The notes under the pieces: model-generated | Told to the model about the DNA's origin: nothing | Seen by the model: only the letters and a program-made list of their open reading frames with translations | Databases searched by the model: none | Shown: piece after piece, positions 23,469-37,369 of the stretch | Numbering within the stretch: the stretch's first letter is position 1 | How the letters are laid out: every line of letters begins with the position of its first letter | NCBI GenBank assembly: GCA_015680685.1 | Contig: MNCI01000596.1 | Location: 624,612 to 688,611, forward strand | Origin: Gnetum montanum | Lineage: Eukaryota; Plantae; Gnetophyta | DNA length: 64,000 nucleotides | Direction of reading: 5' to 3' | Program-made: the position numbers and the translations under genes

Positions 23469-24478
23469 TGATGAGATGTGATTTGCATGAGCTGCGATAT
23501 CTCATCCCATGTGATATCACGTATGCGATATCGTGTCATCCCCTGCGATGTCGCGTACGCGTTATCGCGGTCCACCGCCAAATCTATAAATTAGAGGCGG
23601 TAGTCCCCTTATTTCCCATCATAGGCTAGAAGTAGGAAAACTATGGCAGATTGATCACTCCAGAGATAGAATATTTTCCATGTGCCTGCAGTAGGAGTCC
23701 CCAAGTGAACAGATATTTATTCGAGCAACATTGTACCTAAACACAAGTTGTGTACGGCAATAAAGACGAGCTTTGTGGATAAACCTTGCAGTGCATGGAA
23801 TAGGATTTATTACTTGTTATTTATAATCCTTGTTATTTATTACCTGTTATTTCCTACCTATTATTTATTACCCTGCAGTAGCGCGGCATGAGTACGACTT
23901 GATTACAAGCATTTACGAATGTGTATGGCTAATCAAGAAATCGGCTGCTCATCAAGATTAGATTCTCTCACCCTTAACTTCTAGAATGCGGAATGAGTAT
24001 GACTTGATTACGAGCATCTAAGGATGTGTACAACTAGTCAAGGAATGGATGCTCATTACGCTTAGGCTAGTTAAGTTCCTCAGTACGACCACTTCGAGCA
24101 CATGCGTTACGCATGGTGATCCTAGTAACGATTAGCATTTGGTAGCTACGGTTGCGTAGTTCAGGGTGTGTACGGTAAGTGGGAACGAATGTTGACGCTA
24201 GTTAATTTAGACTTAGGTCATTAGTTAGAGTTAGCTAGTTTCTCAACCCTTCACCTCAATAGCATAGGAGAAAAACATAAAAAGATATAAAAATCATATA
24301 CCTCAGACTTACTTAACCGTACACCATGACAAACACAAGTAAGTCTAGGAAGACAACGAATGATTAACCCTAAATGTTCCATGGGGCGTGTAGGCACTTA
24401 GTCTGTAGAGTTCGAATGGATCACACATGCTACGCTCGTTTTGTATGGTTGAGTGTAGGGGTACCTCGCCACTCATCA
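23469..24478 (+). repeat. 3' LTR of element B (1010 bp)
   Basis: Colinear with 14468-15444; differs mostly by transitions plus two indels of about 17 bp. Confidence 0.96.
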
Positions 24479-24483
24479 ACTTC

Positions 24484-25330
24484 CTACCACTTTGCTTCAT
24501 TATACTTAGTATTGATTTTAATGTTAGATTTTGGTTGCATGATCTAGATCTTCTACATGGTTACGTTCATGTTTTCCTTGGCTAATCATTTGATCTCCAA
24601 TTTAGCTTACTTCATGTGTTCTTGAACGTGGAGGATGCTTTCTTTAATTTGTTCTTTATTTTATTTCATCTTTGTTAACCTTTTGTTTTTTGATGCTATG
24701 CTATTATTCTCCTCTATAATGTGATGATGGGCTTAAGATGGACATGTGATGTTGGTTAGACCTATGAAGCATCCCTAATTTCCTTCTCTTTCTTCCACTC
24801 AACTTACTTCTACTTGGTAATTAGACAAGTAAACTTATTATTGCAAAATTGGCTAAGCTAATTAGGAGCCATGAATTACACTAGGTCATTTAGTGAGACA
24901 TGAAGTTGGGTCATAACTTCTTCATGTAGCTTTTGTTAGAGTTGGATCATAAATTCTTATTTTAGCTTTTGTATATCTAACTTGGCTTATTATAATTAGA
25001 ATTCAAACAATAATAGTTTACCTTTTGTAGTGATTAGCTTAGATTACAAAAGTGTGACATCTTCAAGAATGTCAAATAAGGTCTTCATTATCTTCCTAGT
25101 ATGAAGTAGTTTGTCTAATCCTTTCTTATGTTTTTCTATGATCATGCTCCATTCAAGTATGATGCTCATTCCTATGAATACTTGAATATTTTCAATAACA
25201 CCAAAATTAGAAATTGGTATCATAGGAACATTAAGTGCCTTGTTGATATGATCAACAAGCACTACTACAACAATCTACTATCCCTCATGTAGCATCATCA
25301 TGATGATAGCTCCTTCTCTTGATTTCAAGG
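24484..25330 (-). mobile_element. Old minus-strand retroelement gag-like remnant, probably continuing at about 13800-14462; target of elements B and C
   Basis: Minus-strand ORF 25044-25262 (NFGVIENIQVFI...LEDVTL) resembles a gag start. The TSD of B shows the two flanks were once contiguous. Confidence 0.4.
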
Positions 25331-28140
25331 TGATGAATCATGGTTTGTTAGGTGTTGATATTTGACCCTTGATATCAGACCCTTGATATCGAACCCTCGA
25401 TATTGGGTATGCGATATCGTGGCCTGGATAACGATATCAGATACATAATATTGTGATTCCTGTGTAAGCCTATAAATAAACATTTGGGTGCATAAGAAGG
25501 GGGGAGTCAATAAGTGTAGGAGTAGAGTCTTTTTGTTCATTTTTAGTTCATCTCAACTCTTTCCCTAGTGCATGCCCATAGTGTGACGATTGTAATTCTA
25601 TGGAAACTTTATTCAAGTGTGACGTACTTGGGCATGCACATGACCAGCAATAAAGATCGAGATTACTCCATCATTGTAGCATTCACTTAGTTTTAATTGC
25701 TTAATTATTATTGTTATTCATTTTTTTGTTAATTAATGTTTCTTTAACTTCCTTTACTATCCCTGTTATTAAATGTGGAATGAGTACGGCTTAATCACAA
25801 GCATTTAAGTGTGACTACTTGGTAACCTAGTAGCATATTTAGGAACGCTTAAGTAATATATGCTTGGTAATCTCAGAAGTAGTACATGAGGTCCAAGATG
25901 TGTATAGATGATTAAGGATGGATGCTCATCACACTTAGGCTAGCTTAGATTCTCTTCTCCTACTCCCTCTTAGCTTAAAACAAAGCTATTTTCCATTGCC
26001 TCTAGGAGTAGCACTAGTTTAGGCCCACATCATACATCTCACTTTGGACTAAACCATATGTGACAAAGCAGATACTATTCTAGTTGGGAAGACAACAAAC
26101 TACAATCAATGTGTAACTATCTAGATACCACAACTAGCCTATCTATGGAGTTCGACTGGATTGTGCATGAACACTTGTATTCGTATGGTTGAGTGTAGGG
26201 GTACCTCGCCACTCATCATTGGTGCCATTTCTGGGGATGGTGTTAGTTATCTAGATTAGTTACATCATACAAGATCGCTGTAATGAAGCATTAACATTAT
26301 ATCTTTTAGAAAAGAGATTAATTTCAAGTAAGTTACACACAATTTGTAGTAATGTCTCCATCACAAGACCATGCTAATGCCACAACTAGTGAGGCAATTC
26401 ATTGGAGAACCAACAAATTCTATGATGATGAAGACGAAGTTGAGAGTACTCAATCTTATGCAGAGTCCTCCTATGTACATAAACAAAGAAAACATTGTTC
26501 CAAATCACAAATCCATAACCTACCTAGTGACGATGAACTCTTGCTAGCCACTAAGAGCCTAATGCATATACAAGAGGTTGTTTGAATATCCCGTAGGCAT
26601 CATAAGGAAAGCCTTCTACCCAGGCTTGATTTAAACAACTTTCCCAAATTTTCAGGAGGCTATGATTTAGATCTGCAACATTATTTACAAGTCTTCCATG
26701 ATGCTTGTGTATGGAATAATATTGATAATGGGTGGAAAAAACTTAAGATCTTTCTTACGACACTTGTTGGCCACGAAAAAATATGGTACAAGTCCTTAAG
26801 ACCAAAATCAATTTGACATTGGTCAACAATGGTAGAACTCTTCAATGAAAGATATAAAACCTATGCAAGAGTGTCAGCCTTGAGGAGAAAAATCCAAGAG
26901 TGGAAAAAAGTGCAACATGAACCCTTGAACATGGCCTTAGAAAGATATTACTCTTTGTTAAACAAATGCCTAGGCCATGGGTTTTTCGAGGAAAGGCTAA
27001 TGTACCATAGCATGGAGAGGCTTCGTAATGAGACAAGGAAGACCCTAGGGATGTATGTCCGAGGTCAACTATATGAGCTATGAACCCATCAATTCTAAGA
27101 GCTTATTAAGTAGGTAGAAAAAGAAGAAGTAGAAATGGCTAAATGGGAGAATGTTGAAAGGTCTCAACGGGACCAAAATCTTGAATTAGCAAAGGTCCAT
27201 AATAATGAAGAGGAGAAATCAACTCACCTCAAGGAGGTGGAATCATCTTTGCCAATACTACAATCACTAGATGAAATTGAGACAAAGATCAATAAGATGA
27301 TGGAATGGATACATGAAAAATGTGAAGAATATGCCAACACTATTAAAGGTAGAACCATGACGAACCAAGAAGTAGGACAAAACACCCTTAAGCAATCGGA
27401 AAGAAGGGTTGAAGAGAATAAGAACTCAACTGCTAATCATACGTATCAATGTACTATTTGCCTATATGATCACCCCAAAGGTAAATGCCCAATATTGTGA
27501 CATTTACATGAGCATTGGGGAGGAATGTTACATCTAGAGTTCATACAAAAATACTGTGTTCAGTCATAGTGGCAAAAATCCCAATCATGGAGGAGCCCAC
27601 CCCCAAATTGGTCACACCCTTCATATCATCCGAACCCAAGCGCTTATTAGGTTCAACATCCTATTTCCTCAATTGGGTCAACATCCTCTATCTCACCACA
27701 TCATTATCATTCTCCTAAATACTATCAACCCATGTCCTCTCCCACAAGATCACCACCTCATGTTCCTTGCACTTCTCCTCGCCCTCAATATTCTCATCCT
27801 TCACCTCCTTCTACATTGCCACCAATAGTACCAGTAGGTTTTGTACCATAGCACCAACCCATGAATGTTACTTGTGCTACTACTGTCAACAACAGTGGAG
27901 GTCCTCCACAATGTCAAAAGCATCCTTTCTTTAGGCATGACTATAGAAATAGACAACATAGTTTTGAAACCACTGCATCCACCACCTCAACACAAGTCCA
28001 GTGCTGCGATGCATCTCCTCCTTCAAACCCAACACATCCTGTTACGTTATCCAAGCCACCAATCAACACTCCAAAAACTATGTGGCCCAATGAATATAAC
28101 CACGTAGGGAGACATATTGATCCTTGCATACCATCTTAAG
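25331..28140 (+). mobile_element. Partial Athila-type element C: 5' LTR 25331-26218, PBS 26220-26237, decayed gag
   Basis: TGATGAA..CTCATCA ends; LTR 3' end identical to B (tatggttgagtgtaggggtacctcgccactcatca); PBS tggtgccatttctgggga; gag ELFNERYKTYARVS..HEPL homologous to B. Confidence 0.9.
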
Positions 28141-28339
28141 CTTGATATCATGCATCATGACTAGAAATATTATTAAGAAAAACATAGATAATATCCACAA
28201 TAGAAATTAAATGATATAAGAAAATTGAAAACTATAAATTATTGGAAACTATTAACAAAAGGAAAATGTATTAAGAATTGAATAATTTAAAAAATATAAA
28301 AATAAAAAAATTTAAAAAGGTAAAAATATTATGCAACTC

Positions 28340-30390
28340 TTAAATCAACATGAAGTATCTCCCTCATGATTAAGCTTTAAGAGGATATATAGAAGATAGA
28401 TCATGCAACAATGGTTATTATGGGTATGAAGGTGGTTATGGCTTCCATGGGTTCCCTAAATGATTTACTTTGTTATATGTTGAATAGGATCATTTTTTAT
28501 GGATTTGAAGGATGTTAGATCTATATAAGGCATCAAATCAATAAACTAAGTGAACAATGTAGGTTTCCTCCCAAAGCATCTAAAATTTGTTGTGTTGAAG
28601 CATATGACTAGTATAGAACCTTGTCACTTGGTTTTACATGTAGATATCTGATCCTCATATTGTATCTTTTTCCTTTATAGACTTTATGGACTTTGTTGTA
28701 TAAGAACAATCATGCAATTTTTATTTAGTACATTTAGGTTCATCAACTATTCTCATTGTTCTAGATTTAGGTATAATTCTAGGTCACATATAGTGGATAA
28801 CATATGAACTTTAGCTTGGATTAGTAATTATACACTAATTCATAGGAAGAATATCCTATGGAAATTTTCAATGTGAGTCTATAAGCTCATAGGGCATCAT
28901 TAATTTTTTTGCTTCAATCCTATCTATATTTACTAATTATGCAAGTTAAGATCATGATGATCTTCATATTCATAACTTTGACTTGGTCATTAGTTGAGAT
29001 AGTAAGGTGTATTTAGTTTGTGGTCCACCCCTAAGTGTTGCATAAGTTGTTTAAATGTTATTTCTAATAAGTGTGTTTCATTATCTAAAACAAGTGCTTG
29101 TTTCATGATAAATCTATTCATCCCATGTTGCTTAAATAACTTGGTAGTAGTTACTGTAGTACAATCATTGACTATAGTAGCTTTATTCTACTTTATGTAA
29201 TAGTATATAGCAATAGTGATATACATATTTTTATTTAATTTTTGAGTGATGGAACTCATAAAGTCAATTTCCTAGTTATAAAAAATATTTAGTGATTAGA
29301 TCAACTATTATAGTCCCTTAAAATAAGTTGTCATACCACTATCCTCAACAACATTTAAGGAATATAATAAAGTGATGCATATCTCCTAATATTATGAGTA
29401 AAAATAGCTAGTCATTAGGATTTCTAGGGCTATTCATCTTCTAGAGTAATGTCCACCACAAAACCCTTCATGCATATCCTAGAGAACTCTTAACTAGTTC
29501 TCGTCTAGCATATACTAGTGAACTAGGCCATCTACACAAATTTTATGAAGGTTTTTCTCTATCTTCATGTAGAACTTAAATTGGTGGAGAAACTATTTTA
29601 TCCTATGCTATTCTCATTTATTACAAATCTTATGTTCTTTCTAGTAAGTGAGATAGTTAGAAAAGCAAGGGGTGATTGTTGATTGAGAGATTGCAGTAGT
29701 TTTAGCAAATAAAGACTCATCTAGAAATTGATCAAATATGTGCTCTTCATTTACGTTGTTATCCCATCATAACCAAGACAAATGATCTATAACAACATTC
29801 TCAATTCCCTTCTTATTAATCATTGTAATGTTGAATTCCTAAAGGATTACCATTCATTGAATGATTTATTCATGAGGAACTAGATCATACTATGATTAAT
29901 ATACACCAAATAGCCGATCACATAGTTCTTCTACCTTTTGACCACATTAACCACCATCATCAAATCCTTCTCTATCATGGTGTAATTAAGTTGCACACTC
30001 ATAATGCTTCTTCTTGTATAATGGATGTAATATGGATGTTTCTAATTATTCAACTATGTAAGCATGATCCTCAAAGCATAGTTTGATACCTCAATCATGA
30101 TATGAAAAGACTTAAGCCATTAAGGTATTTATAAAATGAAAGTTTCTACAAGTATTTTCTTGAGGAGATTAAAAGCCATTCTGCAATCCTCCATCCAAAT
30201 GAATAGTACATCTTTCTTTGTGACTTCTACTAATGGCTTGGTATTCTTAAAGAAATTCTTGATAAAGCACTTCTAGAAGTAACTGTGTCAAAGGAAGTAC
30301 AACATGTCTTTCACTATTTAAGATCTCTATGCCATTCCCTAGATCACTTTAAATTTTTTCTAGATCCATATTAATTTATTTTTTAAGACT
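28340..30390 (-). mobile_element. Heavily decayed Athila-type RT end, RNase H and integrase on the minus strand
   Basis: Reverse complement aligns by eye to B 19450-21540 (IDFMSSI, LDNETHL, HYSRR); internal PPT-like ctccctcatgatt near 28360. Confidence 0.8.
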
Positions 30391-33300
30391 CAATACCCTA
30401 GGTGATGAATTGTCTAGTGGAATTTTATAAGTTGATTGTAAGCCCTAGACTCAGGAAGTATTTTTCATATACATGGTTGAGGTTTCTACCTCCTAGCTTT
30501 GCATACTAGACTTCCATATGATACGTTCAGGTTTAGTGCATGTTTTAGGCTTCTTAGGATATCTTTGACTTCATTTGAAAATCCTAGGAACCTTTGGATA
30601 TGTTTCCTAGTATTAGCTCTTATTTAGACTTGGTGAGTAAAGAGTGCTAGGAGAAGGTAAGTTGACTACCCTACATCAAGGCACCCCATGCATTAGTGTA
30701 GTGGTGTTGACACAACTCTTTGTAGACTTGGTTTGGTCCCTTTGCTCATGAGTTTCATTTAGTATGTTTCTGGGTTGCTTAGGCTATGCTGACGAATCTT
30801 TGTTGATGCTTGGACATTGGCAAACCTCTCATATTGTGTTGTGAAAACTATAAATATTTGGGATAAGCTCTCACACATATCTTATGTATAACTTTGATTT
30901 TATTTGGCTTTTGAAATTTAATTTTATGTGAAGGGCTCTTCCTATCTTGGATAAGTTAATTTCCATCCTTGTCCTATGTGTGCTTTGATTTGTTACTTTC
31001 ATAAGTGCAGCTAGATTCTATCAGAGTGCTACCTTACTTCCATAGCCTAGAACCATTTGATCAATATAGAGTTCAGTATTTACATGATTAATAAAGATCA
31101 TGGTTTTCCCTTGATCTATCATTGATGCCTTAAATACTAAAATAATGAAAATATTTATGTAATTCTTATTTCATCAAGGTTTGATGATTCATTTCTTATC
31201 CAAGGAGATCATAACTATATGACATGATGTCGAACCATTGAGGTTGTGATTAAGAACTATTTTATTGCATTTCATATGTGGTGTTGCACCTATCCCGAAG
31301 AGGGATTGTGATGCATGTGTGTTTATTATTATTTTATCCATTTTAATTGGAAAATCCATAGCAAATTATAAAGTATAAAATCATAAATATTTTTTCTATC
31401 TTTCAAAATGACAACACAAGTTTCCATTTGTATCATATGTATTATAATCTATTATATATTTTTTGAATGCAATAATATAAATAAATTTTTTTAGAAAACC
31501 ACTCAACATCATCTTCAAATCTTATGATTGAATTACATTGCATTTTGTATGATAAATTTCATTGGTCCAAAATTAATAGGACCCCTATCATTTGCAATGT
31601 TGTTGGAGAAGACATTGGTGAATTACCTGAAAATACTTATACATTCTTGATTTTAATATTTATTCAAATTAAGTTTGTGTTTCTTTAGTGTTATGTGTAG
31701 GTCTTGAGCATGAATGAGATGGTGGATAGTGCTAAGAGTGCACCAAAGACCTCTAGAAATTTAGCCCTTCCATTCAAAGGATGTAACCCTTCCACTAGTC
31801 ATGTTGGATCATCATCAAGATAAGTAGGGAAGATGAAGAGATGCTCATGGAATTTTTATGGGACTACTTCTAGCTACTATAGATGATCTCAAAAAGGCCA
31901 TGATCAACATGGATCTCGAGGATCAACACATGTCATTATAGGGCTCAAAAGATATGTTATCCAATCCTGAAGGCATTTCTTTGTCTAATGGCCAAGTCTC
32001 CTTCACAAAAAAAAATTTGCTATTAATAAACTACTTCCTTGAATTGTGTTTCCAAGTGGTAATAATTATTGTAGTTGTGAGAGTCTTTTGATTGCTAGTT
32101 TTAGAAAAATGTAATGTGATGTTACTAGTAAGTGGTATGGACTTGGTTTGAATCTTGGATGGAAGGGCTAATGATTACTTTAATCATACTTTACACATAG
32201 AATTCATTATGCCTATGGTAAGATCCCTCATGTTCCAATTCTCTACAATCCTTGCTACTCTTATCCCACCTCACTGTTATATGTAATCATACTTTAAAGG
32301 TTTTGTATAATATAGTATTATTTTCTCATTAAAGCAATACTAAGATGTGTATTTTCAAAGACTAGTATGTTCCACATCCAACTTCTTAAGTGCCTATGGA
32401 CATTTGTAGGTGTGCTTAAAGAAGGGCACTAAGGGCTGGAGCCTACTTTGGGGAGGATCCACTTGTATAACTCTTGTGCTTCATATCTAATGATCAATTC
32501 CATATCATCTTATGCCTCCAAAATACTTAAACCATCATTTTTACTTTCCTACAAACTTATAGCTAATCATACCTTTGGAAATTCCTATCAACCACTTCCA
32601 ATAAATCTAATTAATTTAATTTGCCTAAGATTCCTTCTTTAATATAATTATAACACTAAATTATCATATTTTGATCATCATCATTGCTCAAGAATCCTTT
32701 AAACCATTTCTACATCTTCCAGACTATTCATTTCACTCAAATTTCCCATCAAAATTTGTTCAAAATTTCAAAAGTTTTGATAGTGATGCTATAGTTGTGA
32801 TGTATTAGGCCCTAATATGTTACAACTACAATGTTGTATCTATGATTTCACCATCACATATATCTATATATATGCATAAGGAGTTAGAAATTTTTCATTC
32901 TTCTTATTCAATGCATAGGAAGTTCATGTCATTTTTCTAATCCTCTAGCCATGAAACTTGAAGGCTTCATAAATTACTCATGATAGTTCAATTTGTATGA
33001 TTCTTGAACCCTCTTGATCATAGGGCAATCAACTTAGTCATGGGGGAGAGTGCTATGCATAGTTTGTGTGATTTGAGCAAGATTTTTCTAACACCCAGAA
33101 GAGTACATTAAGGGTAAGAATAATAACAATCAATTAAATATTGATTAAATAATTATATAAGAGCTAATAAACTTAATCATTCCTATTAATTACCTATTTG
33201 CATACACAATAAGAAAGAAAATAACAATTATGAAAGGCCATAACAATTAAAAGATACAACAAATAAGGGTTTCTTTTTGAAATTTTTCTAACTTTGCAAT

Positions 33301-33449
33301 CCTAATAGGAGTTATATGGTAATAATAAGGATAAATTTTGATCTAATCCATGAGCTTGAGAGAGGATTATGAACCATTAGGAACCTATTTGAATTCCTTG
33401 GATGATCTCAAATTAATCCTTTATGATTACAGATTGTTCCTAAAAGACC

Positions 33450-35700
33450 CATAGCCAAAGGACCCTCACAAGAAAGGGGTAAGAAACTTAGAGGTAGAGG
33501 AAAAGCTAGAGAATAGACTTCACAAGCAAAGAAGAAGGGTTAATCCTTTGGCATTCATCAGTAAACACTTATCATTTAACATTTTTCATAATCTCAAGAG
33601 TAGGGATAGCACCTCACACTATTAGGCAAATGTCTCCAAGCTATTCAAGAAAATTCTATCATGTAAATACTTATTATGGAACTTAACTTTGGATTGTTCA
33701 TAGAATTTGCACCTATCAACGTCCAAGTGTAGCTCTAAGCCTACCCTCTTTGGTCAAATCTATCATGTAGTGATGAGTGATATTTAGGGGAAGTCTACCA
33801 ATTTTGAAAAAAATAAGTAAGATGATGCTACTATCAAAATTAAGGGAATCACAATGTCCTATTTAGTTGAAGTAATCGTAAAGGCATTGAATCTTCCAAA
33901 TGTTAGAGCAAATATTGCAAAAATCTCTACAAGATCTAACACATATGCAAAGAAGTTATGGCTACAAAGGGCTTATGGTAAAGTAGATAAAGAATATAAG
34001 TAATTCTTTGCGAAAGAAAAGATATATTTCAAGTTTGGAACTTACCACATTTTCCTCACCAAAGAATTAAAGAGGATTTCCACCTATGCTACACAAGGAA
34101 GTGTCATCCTTATGAGGGAATTTGAGGAAAACATGACTTACTTATTATTTCTAGAAATCCAAAGAAAATTTGAAGAGAAGAAGGTAGAAAAACTCACTTT
34201 TCCAGTTTCCTTGTCTTATTAGAAGACTATGCAAGCAAGCAAGAATTATAAGCTACACAAATGATGTCCTATGCAAGGCCTAGAATGCATCCTATGCTAA
34301 GATGTCATAGACAATGTCTCCTAAGAAAGATCAACTAGAGAAGCCAATAGGTACTAAGGGAGCTATAGGATCCACACCAACAAGAAACATCCTAGCCATG
34401 AGACAGGAGCAAGTAGGACCCAGTGGATCAACACCAGTTGGTGATAGACTTGGATCAAGTGCTTCACTAGCACAACAAGACTATAGACCTTCTATGAGCC
34501 ATCTCTTGTAAATAGTAGAAACCATTATTTGGGGAAATAGAGAAGTCTCATGTATTTACCAAGTCAAGGACAATCTTGTAAGGATTGTAGTATTAATAGG
34601 ATATACCAGTGGTTAAATATCATTATAGGTAGGAGAAGATGAGGATTGGGCATAGTAAATATCAAGGAACACTACATCCTTCCAAGTTATGCTAGAGGTC
34701 AGAGAAGGAGCCATAGTTGTGATCATGCAATACTTGGATGCAGTAGGAGTAGCTAAAGTTATTACTAATCATATTAAGAATCCTTTAATGTTCCCATTAT
34801 GCCACCAATAGATATGACTAGAACCAAAGACATAGAAACCATAGCTAGAACCTCCATGGCTCCACAAGAGTATGAAGATATCCTAGATCAATTGCTATAG
34901 ATAGGGCAAGTGATGCAAAACCTTTTTGGTATCCCTAGAAATATTACTATAGTATAGTCAAAGCTTATTTCAACAAAGGGCAAGCTAGTAATGGCCAAAA
35001 CTAGAGTTGAACATGTAGAGAATGAGGTTTAAAGGTTGCAAACTAAATTGAAATCATTAAGAGTAGAAAATAGAGATCCTACAAAAAATGTAGTCCCATA
35101 CCATCTAGATAAATTTAGAATTAAACAAGTGGCCCAACTGATATCCACAAATATTTAAGTGAAGATGGAAAAGGAAAAAGCAACATGGAACATCTCAATG
35201 GCTGAAGCATAAATGTATGCACATGCTAAAGCCCTAAGTGACATAGAGGGAGAAAATAAGAACATTGCTATATAGAACATAAGATTGGTTAATATTAAGA
35301 AAAAAAAGAATGTCATCAAAGAGAGTATCCATCAAATTAGAGAGAAATTTGCAAGAGTTAAGTAGAAAAAGCAAAAATGTGTCTAGGGAGAATAGAATCC
35401 TATCAATGGAAGAACATGCAATCCACTAGAAATTAGTTATTGCAATTATTTCATGGAAAAATAAGGTCAAAAACCAAGAAAGACTAAAAGAGAATTTGAG
35501 AGATCAAGTGGGCATGTATAAAGAAATTAATAAAAAAGAAATCTAGATGACCAAAGCCAAAATTAGCATCATCATTAGATAGACACTTTATTGGTAGCCA
35601 AATTTGGATGGTGTTGCCCATGTTCATGAAGCTAGAGTAAAGAATAAGGACTTGTAAATCGAAGATCATACAAAATACATGAGATTAGAAAATCTCCAAT
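33450..35700 (+). pseudogene. Decayed retroelement accessory-ORF-like region (globular part, low-complexity linker, coiled coil)
   Basis: Fragments such as ATIKIKGITMSYLVEVIVKALNLPN and KLTFPVSLSY, followed by K/E-rich heptads. PPT-like agtcatgggggagag upstream near 33036. Confidence 0.4.
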
Positions 35701-35711
35701 ATGCTAATTAT

Positions 35712-37150
35712 TGGTGACTGTTTGGGATGCGACCGCCAACGAGTGTCCTCAAACAAGATTTAGGTGCTTGCTGGTCTCTGGCAACACCAAGGCCCAGATA
35801 CCTCCAAATAGACTCAGTAGTTAATGTGAGTATGTGTGTGTGCTGTTGCAATGTGCGGTTGTGAAATATGAAACAATTGCATTGTGTGTAAACTACAAAT
35901 GACTTATCTTAAAGAGATTCAGCCAACTTTGCCAAGTACTGTGAGTTCCTCTTTTGTTCAATTGCATAGTTTATGCGGTCCTTATAATACCTACTTGTAA
36001 CAAATAAAATTTTGCAAAAACATTTGAGCACAACTCTACAAATCTACTTCTAATTTTCCCTAGAGAAAGAGATAGTTCCACAAGAAAACTAGAAATAGAG
36101 CGAGATTCAATGGAAATAGACAGAAAGGAAATAAGATTTGTGTTAAGACCTCAAATATTTAAACAAGGTAAAATGATACGAGTAAACACTTCACAATAAA
36201 GCTATCCCAAATTCAATATCTACGAATTGTTCAAACTTCCAAGGCTCAAATAAGCAATTTCTTCGAGACAATCCTACTATGCTACCAAAAAATTGCTGTG
36301 TAAACTATCACGTACAAGACTCCATTTTGGCTAGATAATGGATGTCAACAATTGCATTCAACAAAACCTTCAAAAGACTTGACAATTTCTGATTGAAATA
36401 CCATGGAGATTCACTTTAAAGATAAAAAGAAGCTATTCTGGTCCCATCAAAATACCAAAGATTTTCTGAACCCTCTTGACTATTGAATCGTTCAACGGCA
36501 TGACTACAAGCAGAGGCTCTCTTACAACAATCTCAATAGCAGTTCTTATACGTTGCACAATAATAAAATTTACTACTAAAATGCTCTTAAGGCTTTTAAA
36601 CACAAGCGCTTCTATGGCAAAATTTTAACAGAAATTTTCTATCGGGCAACAAGAACAATAAGAGCAATCTAAAAATCCCAAAATTACTTGCCAAGGATGA
36701 TACTATCTAAACCACTAGCTAAACAATTTAAACAAAATAAAAAAAAATAAGCATAACTCACAGGACTATGAAAAAGAGGCTGAAATCTTTTTTTTAGCAA
36801 ACCATCTTACAAGAAATCTTTTACAATTTCTTCTTTACAATTCTCTTCTTCCAAGACTCAAAGTGTGTCTCCAAGTGAGAGCCCAAGTGTGATCCCAAGT
36901 CTTCCAAAGTGTGTTGTATTGTCCCTCCCTTGTGTTTTTTTTCTTCTTACCCCTAAAGCCTTTTTATAGGGTTCAAAGGTAATTACATACTTTAAAATAT
37001 CTTAGCTAACTTCTCTCCCAAGTAAGGAAGTTACAACTTACCCAACTAGTTAGGAGATATTTCTCAGCAATTTAGTTGGGAAGTTATGTAGTTAGGAAGT
37101 TATACATAAAGTTAGGAGGAATTTATGCTAACATTGATATTTGTAAATAT
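35712..37150 (-). repeat. Dispersed LTR-like repeat, copy 1 (inverted relative to copy 2)
   Basis: Reverse complement aligns with 56650-58142, e.g. ccattgaatctcgctctatttctagttttcttgtggaact and the shared ...GTCACCA terminus. TATA-like tract near 36960. Confidence 0.8.
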
Positions 37151-37243
37151 TACAAATATTTTATGGGTAATAACTTATACAATAATGTTTGAAAAATAAA
37201 TTCAAAAATAAATTCAAGACCTCAATATTTTGAGAGCTTCATT

Positions 37244-37319
37244 CACTTGGAATAATTAAATTAATGGTAAGTCTTCAGCCGGGCACTTGGAATAATTAAA
37301 TTAATGGTAAGTCTTTAGC
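37244..37319. repeat. 40-bp tandem duplication
   Basis: cacttggaataattaaattaatggtaagtct at 37244 and 37284. Confidence 0.95.
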
Positions 37320-37369
37320 GATGGATAAAACTGCAACTCTAGCATCAGTTAAAATATCTCCTACCCTAC

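Larger units (their letters stand above)
14468..24478 (+). mobile_element. Near full-length Athila-type Ty3/gypsy LTR retrotransposon (element B), inactivated
   Basis: Paired LTRs with TGATGAG..CTCATCA ends; TSD ACTTT (14463-14467) / ACTTC (24479-24483); tRNA-Asp PBS; domain order gag-PR-RT-RH-INT. Confidence 0.97.
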
